From positions 1 through 23,164 of the forward strand of contig JASFEA010000036.1 of assembly GCA_050125095.1 (NCBI GenBank): 23,164 nucleotides of DNA, in the 5' to 3' direction. Numbering within the stretch: the stretch's first letter is position 1; every line of letters begins with the position of its first letter. A program made the position numbers and the translations under genes. Below are positions 1 through 9,995 of this stretch, piece after piece. The notes under the pieces are model-generated. The model was given only the letters and a program-made list of their open reading frames with translations, ran no database searches and was not told the origin of the DNA. Source of the DNA: a bacterium. Its GTDB lineage: Bacteria > Arandabacterota > Arandabacteria > Arandabacterales > JALGWA01.

Positions 1-1
1 G

Positions 2-1654
2 GGCGAGATCGAGAAATTCAATAAGCAAAGAGAGAAGTGGGAGAAGGAGTTCTCCGGGTCGGGCCTGCCATTTGAGGCGACGAACCCCTCGGGCAGGAAA
101 CTCAGGCCGCTCTATGGTCCGGGGGATCTGGCCGGGCTCGATTACGAGAGAGACCTGGGCTACCCGGGGGCATACCCCTATACGAGAGGCGTGCGCACCA
201 CCATGTACCGGGGCAGGACCTGGACCATGAGGCAATTCTCGGGCTTCGGGTCGGCCAGGCAGTCCAACGAGCGGTATCACTTCCTCTTGGGCAGGGGGCA
301 GACCGGCCTCTCCGTCGCCTTCGACATGCCGACCATCATGGGCTACGACTCGGACCACCCGCGTTCCCACGGGGAGGTGGGGATGTGCGGCGTCGCCATC
401 GACTCGCTTCAGGACATGGAGATACTGTTCGATAAGATCCCGCTGGATAAGGTCTCCACGTCCATGACCATAAACGCGCCGGCGTCGATGCTGCTCGCGT
501 TTTATATCTGCGTGGGCGAGGAGCAGGGCGTCGCGTCCGAGAAGCTCCGCGGCACCATTCAGAACGACATTCTCAAGGAGTATATCGCTCAGAAGTCGTG
601 GATATTCCCGCCGGAGCCGTCGATACGCATCATCACTGACATCTTCGCCTTCTGCGCCGACCATGTTCCCAGGTGGAACACGGTTTCCATCAGCGGCTAC
701 CATATAAGAGAAGCCGGCTCGACGGCCGCCCAGGAGCTGGCCTTCACCCTGGCCGACGGCTTCGCGTACGTCGAGGCCGGCATCGAGGCGGGCCTGGACG
801 TGGACGTCTTCGCACCGCGGCTCTCCTTCTTCTTCAACTCGCACCTGGACTTCTTCGAGGAAATCGCCAAGTACAGGGCCGCCCGGCGCATATGGGCGCG
901 GCACATGAAGGAGAAATACGGGGCCAGGAATCCGGAGTCTCTCCTGGTGAGGTTCCACACGCAGACGGCGGGGTGCACGCTCACGGCACAGCAGCCCGAG
1001 AATAACATCGTGAGAACGGCATATGAAGCCATGGCGGCGGCCCTGGGCGGGACCCAGTCGCTTCACACCAACTCCATGGACGAGACGCTTGCGCTTCCGA
1101 CCGAGAAAGCCGTACAGATTGCGCTGCGGACCCAGCAGATCCTGGCATGCGAGACCGGTGTCACCAATACCATAGACCCGCTTGCCGGGTCCTATTATGT
1201 CGAGCATCTCACCAACAAACTCGAGGAGGAGGCAGAGGAGTACTTCCGCAAAATAGAGGACTTCGGCGGGGTCGTCAAAGCCATAGACCACGGCTTCTTC
1301 CAGAAGGAGATCTCGGATGCCGCGTATCGCTACCAGAGGGAAATCGAGAAGAAGACCAAGATTGTGGTCGGCGTCAACGACTATGTCATAGAGGATGAGG
1401 AGATCGATATAGATATCCTCAAGATCGATCCTGAGGTGGAAGAGGAGCAGTCAAAGGCGCTCGAGAAGCTGCGCGCGGGCCGGGACAGCGGGGCCGTCAA
1501 GAAAGCCCTTGCCGGGCTCAGGGCGGCGGCGGAGGGCACGGAAAACCTCATGCCGCGCATCCTTGAATGCTCGAGATGCTACACGACTATGGGAGAGATG
1601 ATAGAAACGCTCAAGGGTGTTTTCGGAGAATACAAGGAGCCCATTATCTTTTAG
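2..1654 (+). CDS. icmA: AdoCbl-dependent acyl-CoA mutase large (substrate-binding) subunit, isobutyryl-CoA mutase type; 5' end truncated by the window
   Basis: The frame is open from base 2 (…[13 protein letters not shown]…). Motifs: [53 protein letters not shown]. It has Phe and Gln where methylmalonyl-CoA mutase has Tyr89 and Arg207. No C-terminal B12-binding domain. Confidence 0.88.
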   Translation, partial: GEIEKFNKQREKWEKEFSGSGLPFEATNPSGRKLRPLYGPGDLAGLDYERDLGYPGAYPYTRGVRTTMYRGRTWTMRQFSGFGSARQSNERYHFLLGRGQTGLSVAFDMPTIMGYDSDHPRSHGEVGMCGVAIDSLQDMEILFDKIPLDKVSTSMTINAPASMLLAFYICVGEEQGVASEKLRGTIQNDILKEYIAQKSWIFPPEPSIRIITDIFAFCADHVPRWNTVSISGYHIREAGSTAAQELAFTLADGFAYVEAGIEAGLDVDVFAPRLSFFFNSHLDFFEEIAKYRAARRIWARHMKEKYGARNPESLLVRFHTQTAGCTLTAQQPENNIVRTAYEAMAAALGGTQSLHTNSMDETLALPTEKAVQIALRTQQILACETGVTNTIDPLAGSYYVEHLTNKLEEEAEEYFRKIEDFGGVVKAIDHGFFQKEISDAAYRYQREIEKKTKIVVGVNDYVIEDEEIDIDILKIDPEVEEEQSKALEKLRAGRDSGAVKKALAGLRAAAEGTENLMPRILECSRCYTTMGEMIETLKGVFGEYKEPIIF

Positions 1655-1674
1655 GGCAGGTTCGGGAGGCACGT

Positions 1675-2076
1675 ATGGAGAGGAAGATAAGAGTTCTGAT
1701 CGGCAAGCCAGGGCTCGACGGTCACGACCGCGGCGCGAAGGTCGTGGCAAGCGCTTTGCGTGACGGGGGGATGGAGGTCATTTACACGGGCCTGCACCAG
1801 ACGCCGGAGATGATTGTCGAGGCGGCGATACAGGAGGACGTCGACGTTGTCGGCCTCAGTATCCTGTCGGGCGCCCACATGACGCTGTTTCCCAAGATAG
1901 TCAAGATGCTCAAGGAGCGAGGAGCGGACGACATAATGGTGGTGGGGGGCGGGATCATCCCCGAGGACGACGCGGCCGAACTCAGGAAGATGGGGGTGGC
2001 CCAGATCTTCACCCCGGGCGCGCCGACTACGGAGATTGTGGACTTTATCAAGAAAGAGATGGCTTCGCGCTTGTGA
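1675..2076 (+). CDS. icmB: Acyl-CoA mutase small, cobalamin-binding subunit
   Basis: GLDGHDRG (DxHxxG), GLSILSG and GGGIIP motifs. ATG at 1675 follows a GGAGG RBS, so the ORF-track start at 1567 is too long. Confidence 0.88.
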   Translation: MERKIRVLIGKPGLDGHDRGAKVVASALRDGGMEVIYTGLHQTPEMIVEAAIQEDVDVVGLSILSGAHMTLFPKIVKMLKERGADDIMVVGGGIIPEDDAAELRKMGVAQIFTPGAPTTEIVDFIKKEMASRL

Positions 2077-2139
2077 TAGAAGTTTCGGCACCTGATCCGC
2101 ACGTGTTTTCGGCATTTGGATGTACCCAGGAGGATGAGT

Positions 2140-3276
2140 ATGGAGCTTTCTGAAGAACACAGAATGATAAAACAGATGGTGAGGGAATTCGCTCTCGGGG
2201 AGGTCAAGCCGCTCGCGAGGGAACTCGACGAGACGGGCGAGGTGAACTGGGATCTGTATAAGAAGATGGCGGAGCTGGGCCTCCTGGGCATGCCCTTCCC
2301 CGAGGAGTGGGGAGGGGGAGACACCGACACGCTCGGGTATACCATAGGGGTCGAGGAGATATCGAGAGTGTGCGGCTCGACCGGGCTCAGCATGGCGGCC
2401 CACACGTCTCTCGGCACCTACCCCATTTACGAGTTCGGCACCGAAGAGCAGAAGAAGAAATACGTGCCCGACCTGGCGAGCGGAAGGAAGCTGGGTGGCT
2501 TCGGGCTTACAGAGCCGGGTGCCGGTTCGGATGCCGGGGGCACTCAGACGACGGCCGTCAAGGACGGCGATCACTACGTGCTGAACGGCACCAAGTGCTT
2601 CATCACCAGCGCCGGCGTCGGCGAGACATTCGTGGTGACGGCGGCCACCGACAAGGAGGCCGGCGCGCACGGCATCACGGCCTTCATAGTCGAGAAGAGG
2701 ATGCCGGGATTCAAGGCCGGCAAGAAGGAGAACAAGCTGGGCTGCCGCGGCTCCGACACGGGCGAACTCATTTTCGAGGACTGCAGGGTCCCGGCCGAAA
2801 ACATGCTCGGGGAGGAGAACCAGGGATTCAAGATCTTCCTCCACACGCTCGACGGCGGCAGGATATCCATCGGCGCCATGGCGCTTGGGATCGCGCAGGG
2901 CGCGCTGGACGCGAGCATCGAGTACGCCAAGGAGCGCAAGCAATTCGGCAGGCCCATCGCCAAGTTCGGCGCCATCTACGACATGATAGCGGATATGGCC
3001 ACGGAGATCGAAGCGGCGCGGCTGCTCGTTTATGATGCCTCGGTCAAGAAGGACAGGGGCGAAGCCTATTCCATACCGTCCGCGATGGCCAAGCTCTTCG
3101 CTTCCGAAGTCGCGATGAGGGCTTCCAGGACCGCGATTCAGATTTATGGCGGCTACGGCTACATGCTGGACTATGACGTCAACAGGTTCTGGAGAGACGC
3201 CAAGATAACCACCATAGGAGAGGGCACGTCGGAGGTGCAGCGGCTGGTGATCGGCCGGCACCTTCTGGGCAGGTAG
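2140..3276 (+). CDS. Short/branched-chain acyl-CoA dehydrogenase
   Basis: [40 protein letters not shown] and [10 protein letters not shown] motifs. AGGAGG at 2128-2133 favours ATG 2140 (2134 is an alternative). Confidence 0.93.
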   Translation: MELSEEHRMIKQMVREFALGEVKPLARELDETGEVNWDLYKKMAELGLLGMPFPEEWGGGDTDTLGYTIGVEEISRVCGSTGLSMAAHTSLGTYPIYEFGTEEQKKKYVPDLASGRKLGGFGLTEPGAGSDAGGTQTTAVKDGDHYVLNGTKCFITSAGVGETFVVTAATDKEAGAHGITAFIVEKRMPGFKAGKKENKLGCRGSDTGELIFEDCRVPAENMLGEENQGFKIFLHTLDGGRISIGAMALGIAQGALDASIEYAKERKQFGRPIAKFGAIYDMIADMATEIEAARLLVYDASVKKDRGEAYSIPSAMAKLFASEVAMRASRTAIQIYGGYGYMLDYDVNRFWRDAKITTIGEGTSEVQRLVIGRHLLGR

Positions 3277-3309
3277 CCGGGCAGGCAGCTGGCGGCCGGG
3301 AGATAACGC

Positions 3310-4326
3310 ATGAACAGTCTCGAGAGAGTTAAGGCCACGTTCAGAAGGCAGCAAGTGGACAGGCTCCCTTTTTATCCGATAGTGAGCGGGATGGCGGCCA
3401 AAGTCACCGGCATCACTACGGCGGAATACTATGGGAACCTTGACAGGATGGCGGATGCCCAGATCGGGCTCCACGAGGAGATCGGGCAGGACGTGGTGGT
3501 TATGATGTCGGACCTCTTCATGGAAGTGGAAGCCATGGGGGCCGATCTGGAATTTCCCGAAGGCGAGGTCCCGAGACTCAAATCATACCTTCTCAAGGAC
3601 AAGCGGGCTCTGGGTTCGCTGGCGATGCCGGACCCCGCCACGAGCGGGAGGCTCCCGGCCTATGTCGACGCCTGCAGAAAGGCGGTGGGCGCGATCGGTG
3701 ACGCCCCGGTGGGAGGCGTCATCTGCGGGCCCTGGACGCTGGCCACCAACCTGAGGGGCGCGCAGGAGCTTATCATGGATACGGTGGAGGACCCGGACTT
3801 CGTGCATGAGCTCATGAGATTCACCTCGGGCGTCACCAGGGTCTTCGGCGAGGCGGTTACGGGAACGCGCGCCGGCCTCAGCCTGAGCGAGGCACCCGCT
3901 TCGCTAAGTCTAATATCCCCAAAGATTTTCAATGAGTTCGTATTACCTTACTTGAAGGAAATCGTGGGGCATTTCAAAGAGAGAAAGTCGGGCATTACGC
4001 TTCATATATGCGGTTTTATAGATCCCATCATGGACGACATTGTGTCCTCGGGCGCCATCGCCATCAGCATGGACCAGCCGTCGTCGCTCGATAAGATGCT
4101 CTCGGCCTGCGGCTCGAAGAGCGTGGTCATCGGCAATGTCTCTACGGGCGTCTTTATAGACGGGTCGAGGGAGGATATAGAGAGCGAGGTCAGGCGATGC
4201 GTTGAGGTCGGGAAGGATAGAGGGGGCTTCATATTGAGCACGGGTTGCGAGATCTCCCCCAAGGGGGATTTGGATAGAGTCAGGACATTCTGTGAACTTG
4301 CCGCGAGCATGGGCAGGTTCGAGTAG
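3310..4326 (+). CDS. URO-D superfamily protein, MtaA/CmuA-like methylcobamide:thiol methyltransferase
   Basis: N-terminal MNSLERV…VDRLP, then VEAMGA and GPWTLA. LHICG (HxC) plus a distal STGCEI cysteine match the Zn-ligand pattern of MT2-type enzymes. It lacks the HemE W-M-R-Q-A-G-R motif. Confidence 0.75.
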   Translation: MNSLERVKATFRRQQVDRLPFYPIVSGMAAKVTGITTAEYYGNLDRMADAQIGLHEEIGQDVVVMMSDLFMEVEAMGADLEFPEGEVPRLKSYLLKDKRALGSLAMPDPATSGRLPAYVDACRKAVGAIGDAPVGGVICGPWTLATNLRGAQELIMDTVEDPDFVHELMRFTSGVTRVFGEAVTGTRAGLSLSEAPASLSLISPKIFNEFVLPYLKEIVGHFKERKSGITLHICGFIDPIMDDIVSSGAIAISMDQPSSLDKMLSACGSKSVVIGNVSTGVFIDGSREDIESEVRRCVEVGKDRGGFILSTGCEISPKGDLDRVRTFCELAASMGRFE

Positions 4327-4349
4327 CGGGAAAGGAGTTGGAGGGTAAA

Positions 4350-5540
4350 ATGGCAGATCCAAAAGACATAGTGATAGTCGGGGCGGCAAGAACCGCGACG
4401 GGTGCTTTCTTAGGTTCGCTGAAAACGGTCCCGGCCCCCGTGCTCGGCGCGGCCGCGATTAAGGCGGCGGTGGAGCGGGCGGGCATTAAGCCTGAGGACG
4501 TGGACGAGGTCATCATGGGGAACGTGGTGGGAGCGGGAATGGGTCAGAATCCCGCCCGGCAGGCCGCCATCAAGGCCGGCATACCCGACACCGTGGGCTC
4601 CACGACCATAAACAAAGTGTGCGGGTCGGGCCTCAAGGCGGCCGTATTCGCCGCCCAGGCCATCAAGGCCGGTGATCACAAGTGCATCGTAGCGGGCGGC
4701 ATGGAGAGCATGAGTAATTGTCCCTATATGCTCTCCAAGGCGAGGACGGGATACAGGCTGGGTGACGGCAAGCTCATCGACTCCATGGTCCATGACGGCC
4801 TGTGGTGCGCCTTCGAGGACTTCCACATGGGGAACACCGGCGAGCTCGTGGCCGAGAAATACAAAATCTCCCGGCAGGCCATCGACGAATACGCTTTCAA
4901 GAGCCATCAGAAGGCCGTCGCGGCGATCGAGGCGGGCAAGTTCAAGGATGAAATCACCCCGGTCGAGGTGCCGCAGCGGAAGGGCGACCCCATCGTGTTC
5001 GAAGTCGACGAGGGCCCGCGCAAGGATACGAGCGTCGAGAAACTCGGCAAGCTCCGGCCCGCCTTTAAGAAGGACGGAGTCGTCACTCCCGGCAACGCGC
5101 CCAGCGTGAATGACGCCGGTTCGGCGGTCGTGGTGATGTCCAGGGAGAGGGCCAAAGAGCTCGGGGCGAAGCCCATCGCGAAGATAACGGGCTACGCCAC
5201 GGGCGGCACCGAGCCCAAGTGGGTCATGATGGCGCCGGTGCCCGCGGTAAAGAACCTGCTCAAGGTCACGGGCTACAAGATAGAGGACTTCGACCTCATA
5301 GAGCTCAATGAGGCCTTTGCGGTGCAGGCCATGGCCGTGATTCAGGAGCTGGGTTTCGATCCGGAGAAGGTCAACGTGAACGGCGGGGGCGTCGCCCTCG
5401 GCCATGCCATCGGCTCGACCGGGTGCAGGATACTCGTGACGCTGCTCCATGCTCTCAAGGACAGGGGGCTTAAGACCGGTCTTGCGACGCTCTGCCTGGG
5501 TGGCGGCAACGCGGTCGCGCTATCAGTGGAGATGGAATAG
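4350..5540 (+). CDS. thlA: Acetyl-CoA C-acetyltransferase (thiolase)
   Basis: NKVCGSG (catalytic Cys), NEAFA, GHAIG and CLGGG motifs. ATG 4350 follows GGAGG. Confidence 0.93.
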   Translation: MADPKDIVIVGAARTATGAFLGSLKTVPAPVLGAAAIKAAVERAGIKPEDVDEVIMGNVVGAGMGQNPARQAAIKAGIPDTVGSTTINKVCGSGLKAAVFAAQAIKAGDHKCIVAGGMESMSNCPYMLSKARTGYRLGDGKLIDSMVHDGLWCAFEDFHMGNTGELVAEKYKISRQAIDEYAFKSHQKAVAAIEAGKFKDEITPVEVPQRKGDPIVFEVDEGPRKDTSVEKLGKLRPAFKKDGVVTPGNAPSVNDAGSAVVVMSRERAKELGAKPIAKITGYATGGTEPKWVMMAPVPAVKNLLKVTGYKIEDFDLIELNEAFAVQAMAVIQELGFDPEKVNVNGGGVALGHAIGSTGCRILVTLLHALKDRGLKTGLATLCLGGGNAVALSVEME

Positions 5541-5550
5541 GAGGAAGGAA

Positions 5551-6402
5551 ATGGAAGTCAAGAAGGTAGGGGTAGTCGGCGCCGGCACGATGGGGAACGG
5601 GATAGCCCATGTGTTCGCGATGAGCGGCTATGACGTTGTGCTCATGGACGTGGAGGAGAGCTTCCTCGAGCGCGCCATAAGCATTATCACGAAGAACCTC
5701 GACCGCATGATCAAGAAGGAGAAGATCACGGAGGCCGAAAAGGAGGCAACCCTCTCGAAGATCAAGAGGACCGTGAACATCGGCGATATGGCGGACTGCG
5801 ATGTCGTCGTCGAGGCGGCCACGGAGGACTTCGCCCTTAAGAAGAAGATCTTCAAGGACCTGGACTCCGCCTGCAAGAAGGGCGCGATCCTGGCCACCAA
5901 CACGTCCTCGATCTCGATCACCCAGATCGCGGCCATTGTGAAGTGCCCCGACAAGGTCATAGGCATGCATTTCATGAACCCGGTCCCCATGATGAAGCTC
6001 GTCGAGGTCGTGCGCGGAGTGGCCACTTCGGACGAGACTTATAATGCCGTCATGGACCTCGCCGCCAAGCTGGGAAAGACCCCGGTGGGCGTAAACGACT
6101 ATCCCGGCTTCGTGGCCAACCGTCTTCTCATGCCCATGATCAACGAGGCGTGCTACGCCCTCATGGAGGGCGTGGCCACCAAGGAGTCAATCGACACCGT
6201 CATGAAGCTCGGCATGGCGCATCCGATGGGTCCGCTCGCGCTGGCCGACCTCATCGGGCTGGACGTATGTCTTGCCATTATGGAAGTGCTGTATGAGGGC
6301 TTCGCGGATTCCAAGTACAGGCCATGCCCTCTCTTAAGGAACATGGTCAAGGCCGGCTATCTCGGAAGGAAGACCAAGCGGGGCTTCTACGAGTACGAGT
6401 AA
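5551..6402 (+). CDS. hbd: 3-hydroxybutyryl-CoA dehydrogenase
   Basis: [13 protein letters not shown] Rossmann motif, ATNTSS, GMHFMNP, PGFVANR and HPMGPL. ATG 5551 follows AGGAGGAAGG. Confidence 0.93.
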   Translation: MEVKKVGVVGAGTMGNGIAHVFAMSGYDVVLMDVEESFLERAISIITKNLDRMIKKEKITEAEKEATLSKIKRTVNIGDMADCDVVVEAATEDFALKKKIFKDLDSACKKGAILATNTSSISITQIAAIVKCPDKVIGMHFMNPVPMMKLVEVVRGVATSDETYNAVMDLAAKLGKTPVGVNDYPGFVANRLLMPMINEACYALMEGVATKESIDTVMKLGMAHPMGPLALADLIGLDVCLAIMEVLYEGFADSKYRPCPLLRNMVKAGYLGRKTKRGFYEYE

Positions 6403-6422
6403 TAGCCCCCGCTGTCAGATTC

Positions 6423-6460
6423 GGGGCTGCTTCCCCTCAGGAGGCAGCCCCTTTCTCCTA
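6423..6460 (+). terminator. Probable Rho-independent terminator of the acyl-CoA operon
   Basis: GGGGCTGCTTCC-cctca-GGAGGCAGCCCC forms a 12-bp stem (one G-U pair) followed by TTTCTCC, 20 nt after the hbd stop. Confidence 0.7.
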
Positions 6461-6518
6461 TCACCTCTTTTCCGGTGCCCTTTTCTCCAATGCTCTCTTC
6501 TTTAATGCACCCTCTCTT

Positions 6519-6544
6519 GTACCGGATCGTGTGTACCGGATCGT
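6519..6544. repeat. Short direct repeat GTACCGGATCGT x2 (14-bp period)
   Basis: Copies at 6519-6530 and 6533-6544, lying between convergent genes. Confidence 0.6.
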
Positions 6545-6554
6545 ACGGCGCCGC

Positions 6555-6947
6555 CTAGGTCTGTGAGGGAGGGGGCGCCTCCTGGTCTTCCGGGGGCTCG
6601 ATCATCATCTTGGGCGTCGAGTTCTCCTCGGCGAATGTGTCCGAGGCCTCCATGTAGACGCAGTATGGGTGCACGCCCCTGGTAGCGTCGGCAGCCACCG
6701 TCACGGTGGTCTCCTTATCCGCATCCAGGTGAATGAACCTGTTGGCGAAGATACTCGCCGAATCGTCGATGGGCACTATGATGGTGACATTCTCGCCGCT
6801 ATTGTTCCTGAAAGTGACGTCCTCGCCTCTCTCTATATAGATCTCCGGGTCTCCGATCTTAAGGTCCTCCGGGGGAACGGCATGTCCGCCCGACTGGGAG
6901 ACTCTGCGGTCACTTCCGATGCTCACCTCAAGCACAAGTCCTGACAT
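6555..6947 (-). CDS. Hypothetical 130-aa acidic, beta-rich protein (possibly cupredoxin-like fold)
   Basis: Strong AGGAGG RBS 7 nt before the ATG. The pattern 'PEIYIERGEDVTFRNN…TVTV…GVHPYCVY' resembles a cupredoxin strand order, but there is no C-x(n)-H-x(n)-M copper motif. Confidence 0.7.
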   Translation of the reverse strand: MSGLVLEVSIGSDRRVSQSGGHAVPPEDLKIGDPEIYIERGEDVTFRNNSGENVTIIVPIDDSASIFANRFIHLDADKETTVTVAADATRGVHPYCVYMEASDTFAEENSTPKMMIEPPEDQEAPPPSQT

Positions 6948-7044
6948 TTCTCATCCTCCTTCGCAGGCTGCGGTTTAACCGTGAGTAGATTCAATCCTCT
7001 TCCGGCAGGCCGCCCACGTCAGCCGGCTCGGCCCGCATGCATGA

Positions 7045-9720
7045 CTATCTCCCGTCTTTGCGGCCGCCTTCCAGATAATCGAGCACCTCGGGGATGTCCC
7101 TGAAGCGTTCATCTACGACCATGCTCCTGAACCTGGGCGATTTAACGACATACTCCGCCGCATAGCCGTTCGCGACCGCCCGGGCGATCCACTCGATGGC
7201 CAGGTCGCGTTCGCCAAGGCATTCATATACCTCGGCGATGCGGAACTCGGTCGCGGGATCCGCGATGCTCATCTGTACTCCCTGTTCCACGAGTTTCCGC
7301 GCCTCCTCTGTTCTGCCGAGTTCAGCGTAGTAGCTGGCCAGGTCGGTCATTATGATCACGTCATCGGGCTCCTCCGCCAGCTCCTTCCGGGCCAGGTCCG
7401 CCGTGCGCTCGAGAAGCGCGGTCGCGGTGTCCCTCTTGCCGGGCATCCAGTAATAGCTCTCCGCAAGGCTGCCCCATACCGTATACCATGCATCCGGCTT
7501 CAGCTTGAGGGCTTCTTCATACATCGCCGCGGCATCGGCGAAACGCGTGTCATAGAAATAGAAAGTCCCCAGGTTGGTGTAGGTCTGGTAATCGGGTTTG
7601 ATCTTGAGTGACCGCTCGAGTATCGTTATGGCCTCCGCATGATGTCCCTCGAGGTCATAAGCCGCCGCCAGCCCGCTGAGGAACCACGTGTTCTCGGGGG
7701 CCAGCTCCAGGGCCCTCTTGTAGTAATCTATAGCCTGGCTGTAGACGCCGCCTTTGTAATAGAACATCGCCAGGTCCCACTGGGCAATGGCGTCGCGGGG
7801 GCGTTTCTCGGCGGCCATGCGGTAGGCAAGCTCGGCCGATTGCATATCGCCCCGCCGCTTATGGAGGTCGGCGAGTTGCCAGTAGGCGTTCCAGTAGTAG
7901 GGGTTCACTGCCAGGGCCGTTTCGAGAGTCGCGATTGCGGCCGAAGTGTCTCCGATGGCCGCCTGAATCCTCCCCAGCGTGATGCGCGGAGACGATGCGC
8001 CATGGTCGAGTTCTATCGCGCTTCTGCAGGCTTGCTCCCCGCGTTCGGCCCAGGTGATGTCCCTGGTCCTTTTGTGTTTGAGCATGCAGACATGCCCGAG
8101 TTGAGCGTATGCGAGCGCGTATGACGGGTCCAAGTCCGCGGCCTTTTCCAGCCAGGCCAGCGAGGTGTCCAGTTCACCCGGGGCCCTTGGGAGCTTCAGG
8201 TATCCCAGACCCATAAGATACGACTCGAATGCGGCGGGGACCACGGTTTCGCCCGACCTGAGTTTCTGCCTCAGCTCCGGCGTGATCCGGGCGTCCAGCA
8301 TTCTGGCCAGCTCGACGGCGGCGCTGTCCTGCCATGTAATGAGGTTGGCCGTGTGGTCGGTGATGACGAGGCTGTCCGTGTCCTCTGCCAGGCCCCGCCC
8401 CCGCACGTCATGCCGGCCGAGCGCGAGTATGAGCGTGTCCCCCCGGCAGCCGAGGGTGCCGCTTATGGCTACGTTGGCGCCGAGCTCAAGGCAGGACTTC
8501 TCGGGCTGCGTGAGGTCGGTCGCGAGCGGTGTATAGCGCATGACCGTCCAGAGCGAATCCTCCGGGCTTTCGAGGCCATTCAGGCGATATGCTATGTAGT
8601 CCGCCAGCCCCTCGCAGTACATCCTGTGCTCGGAGTCTCCCTTCTCGAGGTTGAAGTCCAGGAGGAGCACCCGTCTCTCCCCGCGCGGCCGCTCCTTGCC
8701 CATATAGGTCGCCAGTCTTTGCCTCAATGGAGTTGCCAGCAGGAGGATCACGGCTATGATGGCGATGCCGGCCGGGAGCGCGTAACGTCTGACCTTCTCC
8801 GTCCTCGCGAATGCCGGCACCGGAACGGCGATGACGCTGTCGGAGGTGAGCTCGTCGAGGAGCCTCTGAAGCGCTTCTCCCAGCTCCTCCGCCGTCTGGT
8901 ACCTGCAGGCGGGGTCTTTTTCGAGACATCGCTGGACAGTGTCCGCCAGTTCCCTGGGCAGGCGCCTGTTGATCTCATCGATTCGGCGGGGCGCCTCGTG
9001 AAGTATCGAATATATGACGGCCGACGAATTGGCGCCCCGGAAGGGCCGCCCTCCGGTGAGTGCTTCGTAAAGCACCACCCCCACCGACCAGATGTCGGAC
9101 CTCTGGTCAACGGTCTCCCCGCGGGCCTGCTCGGGCGACATGTAAAGAGCTGTGCCTACCGTGATGCCGGTTTTGGTAAGCTGGGTCTCGCCCGCGAGCT
9201 TGGCCAGGCCGAAATCGAGCACCTTGGCGCTGCCGCGGTCGGTCACCATTATATTGCCCGGCTTGATGTCGCGATGCACTATGCCGGCCTCATGAGCGCG
9301 GGCCAGACCGTCGCATACCTCTATGGCGATCTTGAGAACGGTTTCCAAGTCAAGGGAACCCGATTCGATCCTGCTCTTGAGCGTGTCTCCCTCATAATAC
9401 GACATGCAGATGAAGGTCTGGCCGTCGGGGGTCTCCTCTATTTCATGTATATTGCAGATATGCGGATGGTCGAGTGACGATGCCACCTGGGCTTCCTGGA
9501 GAAAACGCTTCTTGGCTTTCTCGTCCCTCGTGAGGTCGTAGGGCAGGAACTTGAGCGCGACCCGTCGCTTGAGCTTCGTATCCTCGGCGAGATAGACCTG
9601 GCCCATAGCGCCCTCGCCGATCTTCTCGATTATGCGGTAATGGGCTATGACTGTGCCCGCCGCGATATACTTGAATGAGCGGGTACTATCCAGCTCGTCA
9701 TTTCCGTGGTCAGGAGACAT
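7045..9720 (-). CDS. Hanks-type Ser/Thr protein kinase with one TM helix and C-terminal TPR repeats
   Basis: IGEGAMGQVY, VALK, HRDIKPGN, DFGLAK, YMSPEQ and SDIWSVG motifs. Hydrophobic segment YALPAGIAIIAVILLLA. Repeated TPR patterns (…ALELAPEN, …SLKIKPD, …ALKLKPD). Confidence 0.93.
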   Translation of the reverse strand: MSPDHGNDELDSTRSFKYIAAGTVIAHYRIIEKIGEGAMGQVYLAEDTKLKRRVALKFLPYDLTRDEKAKKRFLQEAQVASSLDHPHICNIHEIEETPDGQTFICMSYYEGDTLKSRIESGSLDLETVLKIAIEVCDGLARAHEAGIVHRDIKPGNIMVTDRGSAKVLDFGLAKLAGETQLTKTGITVGTALYMSPEQARGETVDQRSDIWSVGVVLYEALTGGRPFRGANSSAVIYSILHEAPRRIDEINRRLPRELADTVQRCLEKDPACRYQTAEELGEALQRLLDELTSDSVIAVPVPAFARTEKVRRYALPAGIAIIAVILLLATPLRQRLATYMGKERPRGERRVLLLDFNLEKGDSEHRMYCEGLADYIAYRLNGLESPEDSLWTVMRYTPLATDLTQPEKSCLELGANVAISGTLGCRGDTLILALGRHDVRGRGLAEDTDSLVITDHTANLITWQDSAAVELARMLDARITPELRQKLRSGETVVPAAFESYLMGLGYLKLPRAPGELDTSLAWLEKAADLDPSYALAYAQLGHVCMLKHKRTRDITWAERGEQACRSAIELDHGASSPRITLGRIQAAIGDTSAAIATLETALAVNPYYWNAYWQLADLHKRRGDMQSAELAYRMAAEKRPRDAIAQWDLAMFYYKGGVYSQAIDYYKRALELAPENTWFLSGLAAAYDLEGHHAEAITILERSLKIKPDYQTYTNLGTFYFYDTRFADAAAMYEEALKLKPDAWYTVWGSLAESYYWMPGKRDTATALLERTADLARKELAEEPDDVIIMTDLASYYAELGRTEEARKLVEQGVQMSIADPATEFRIAEVYECLGERDLAIEWIARAVANGYAAEYVVKSPRFRSMVVDERFRDIPEVLDYLEGGRKDGR

Positions 9721-9995
9721 ACCGATGCCCTTCCGGTATATGTCCGGAGCGTGCCTACCCTGTTACCAATTGCCCCATTCCGCCAGCTCCGCAAAGACTA
9801 TATCACCAGGGCCACGGGGCTGGAAGCAAAAACTCCCGGCCGAATTACCTGTTGCTTTTGGGTAGGGTTTATAGAGAATTGGGAGTACGTCCGGAACCCG
9901 CTGCTCGTGCCCGATGCGGCTTTTTGTCGGCGATGCGGCTCTTTGCAGGAGTGCAGTCGGGCCGGGGCGGTATCGGATACAGCAGAAGGTCTGCG

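Noticed and set aside
1651-3474. 607-aa minus-strand ORF and other long antisense ORFs (4410-5450, 8353-9477, 17943-18830, 19201-20190)
   Set aside because: These are shadow ORFs opposite well-supported genes, expected with high GC3, and have no recognisable motifs.
3274-4326. Pyrrolysine read-through of TAG stops around the methyltransferase-like gene
   Set aside because: The proteins look full-length at their TAGs, the next genes have their own starts, and there are no pyl genes in the window.
3310-4326. Annotation as hemE (uroporphyrinogen decarboxylase)
   Set aside because: It lacks the RQAGR motif and has MT2-type Zn ligands instead.
9675-9995. 107-aa N-terminal extension of the antiporter in the ORF track
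   Set aside because: It overlaps the kinase start and the divergent promoter region and is not protein-like; ATG 9996 fits the family length.
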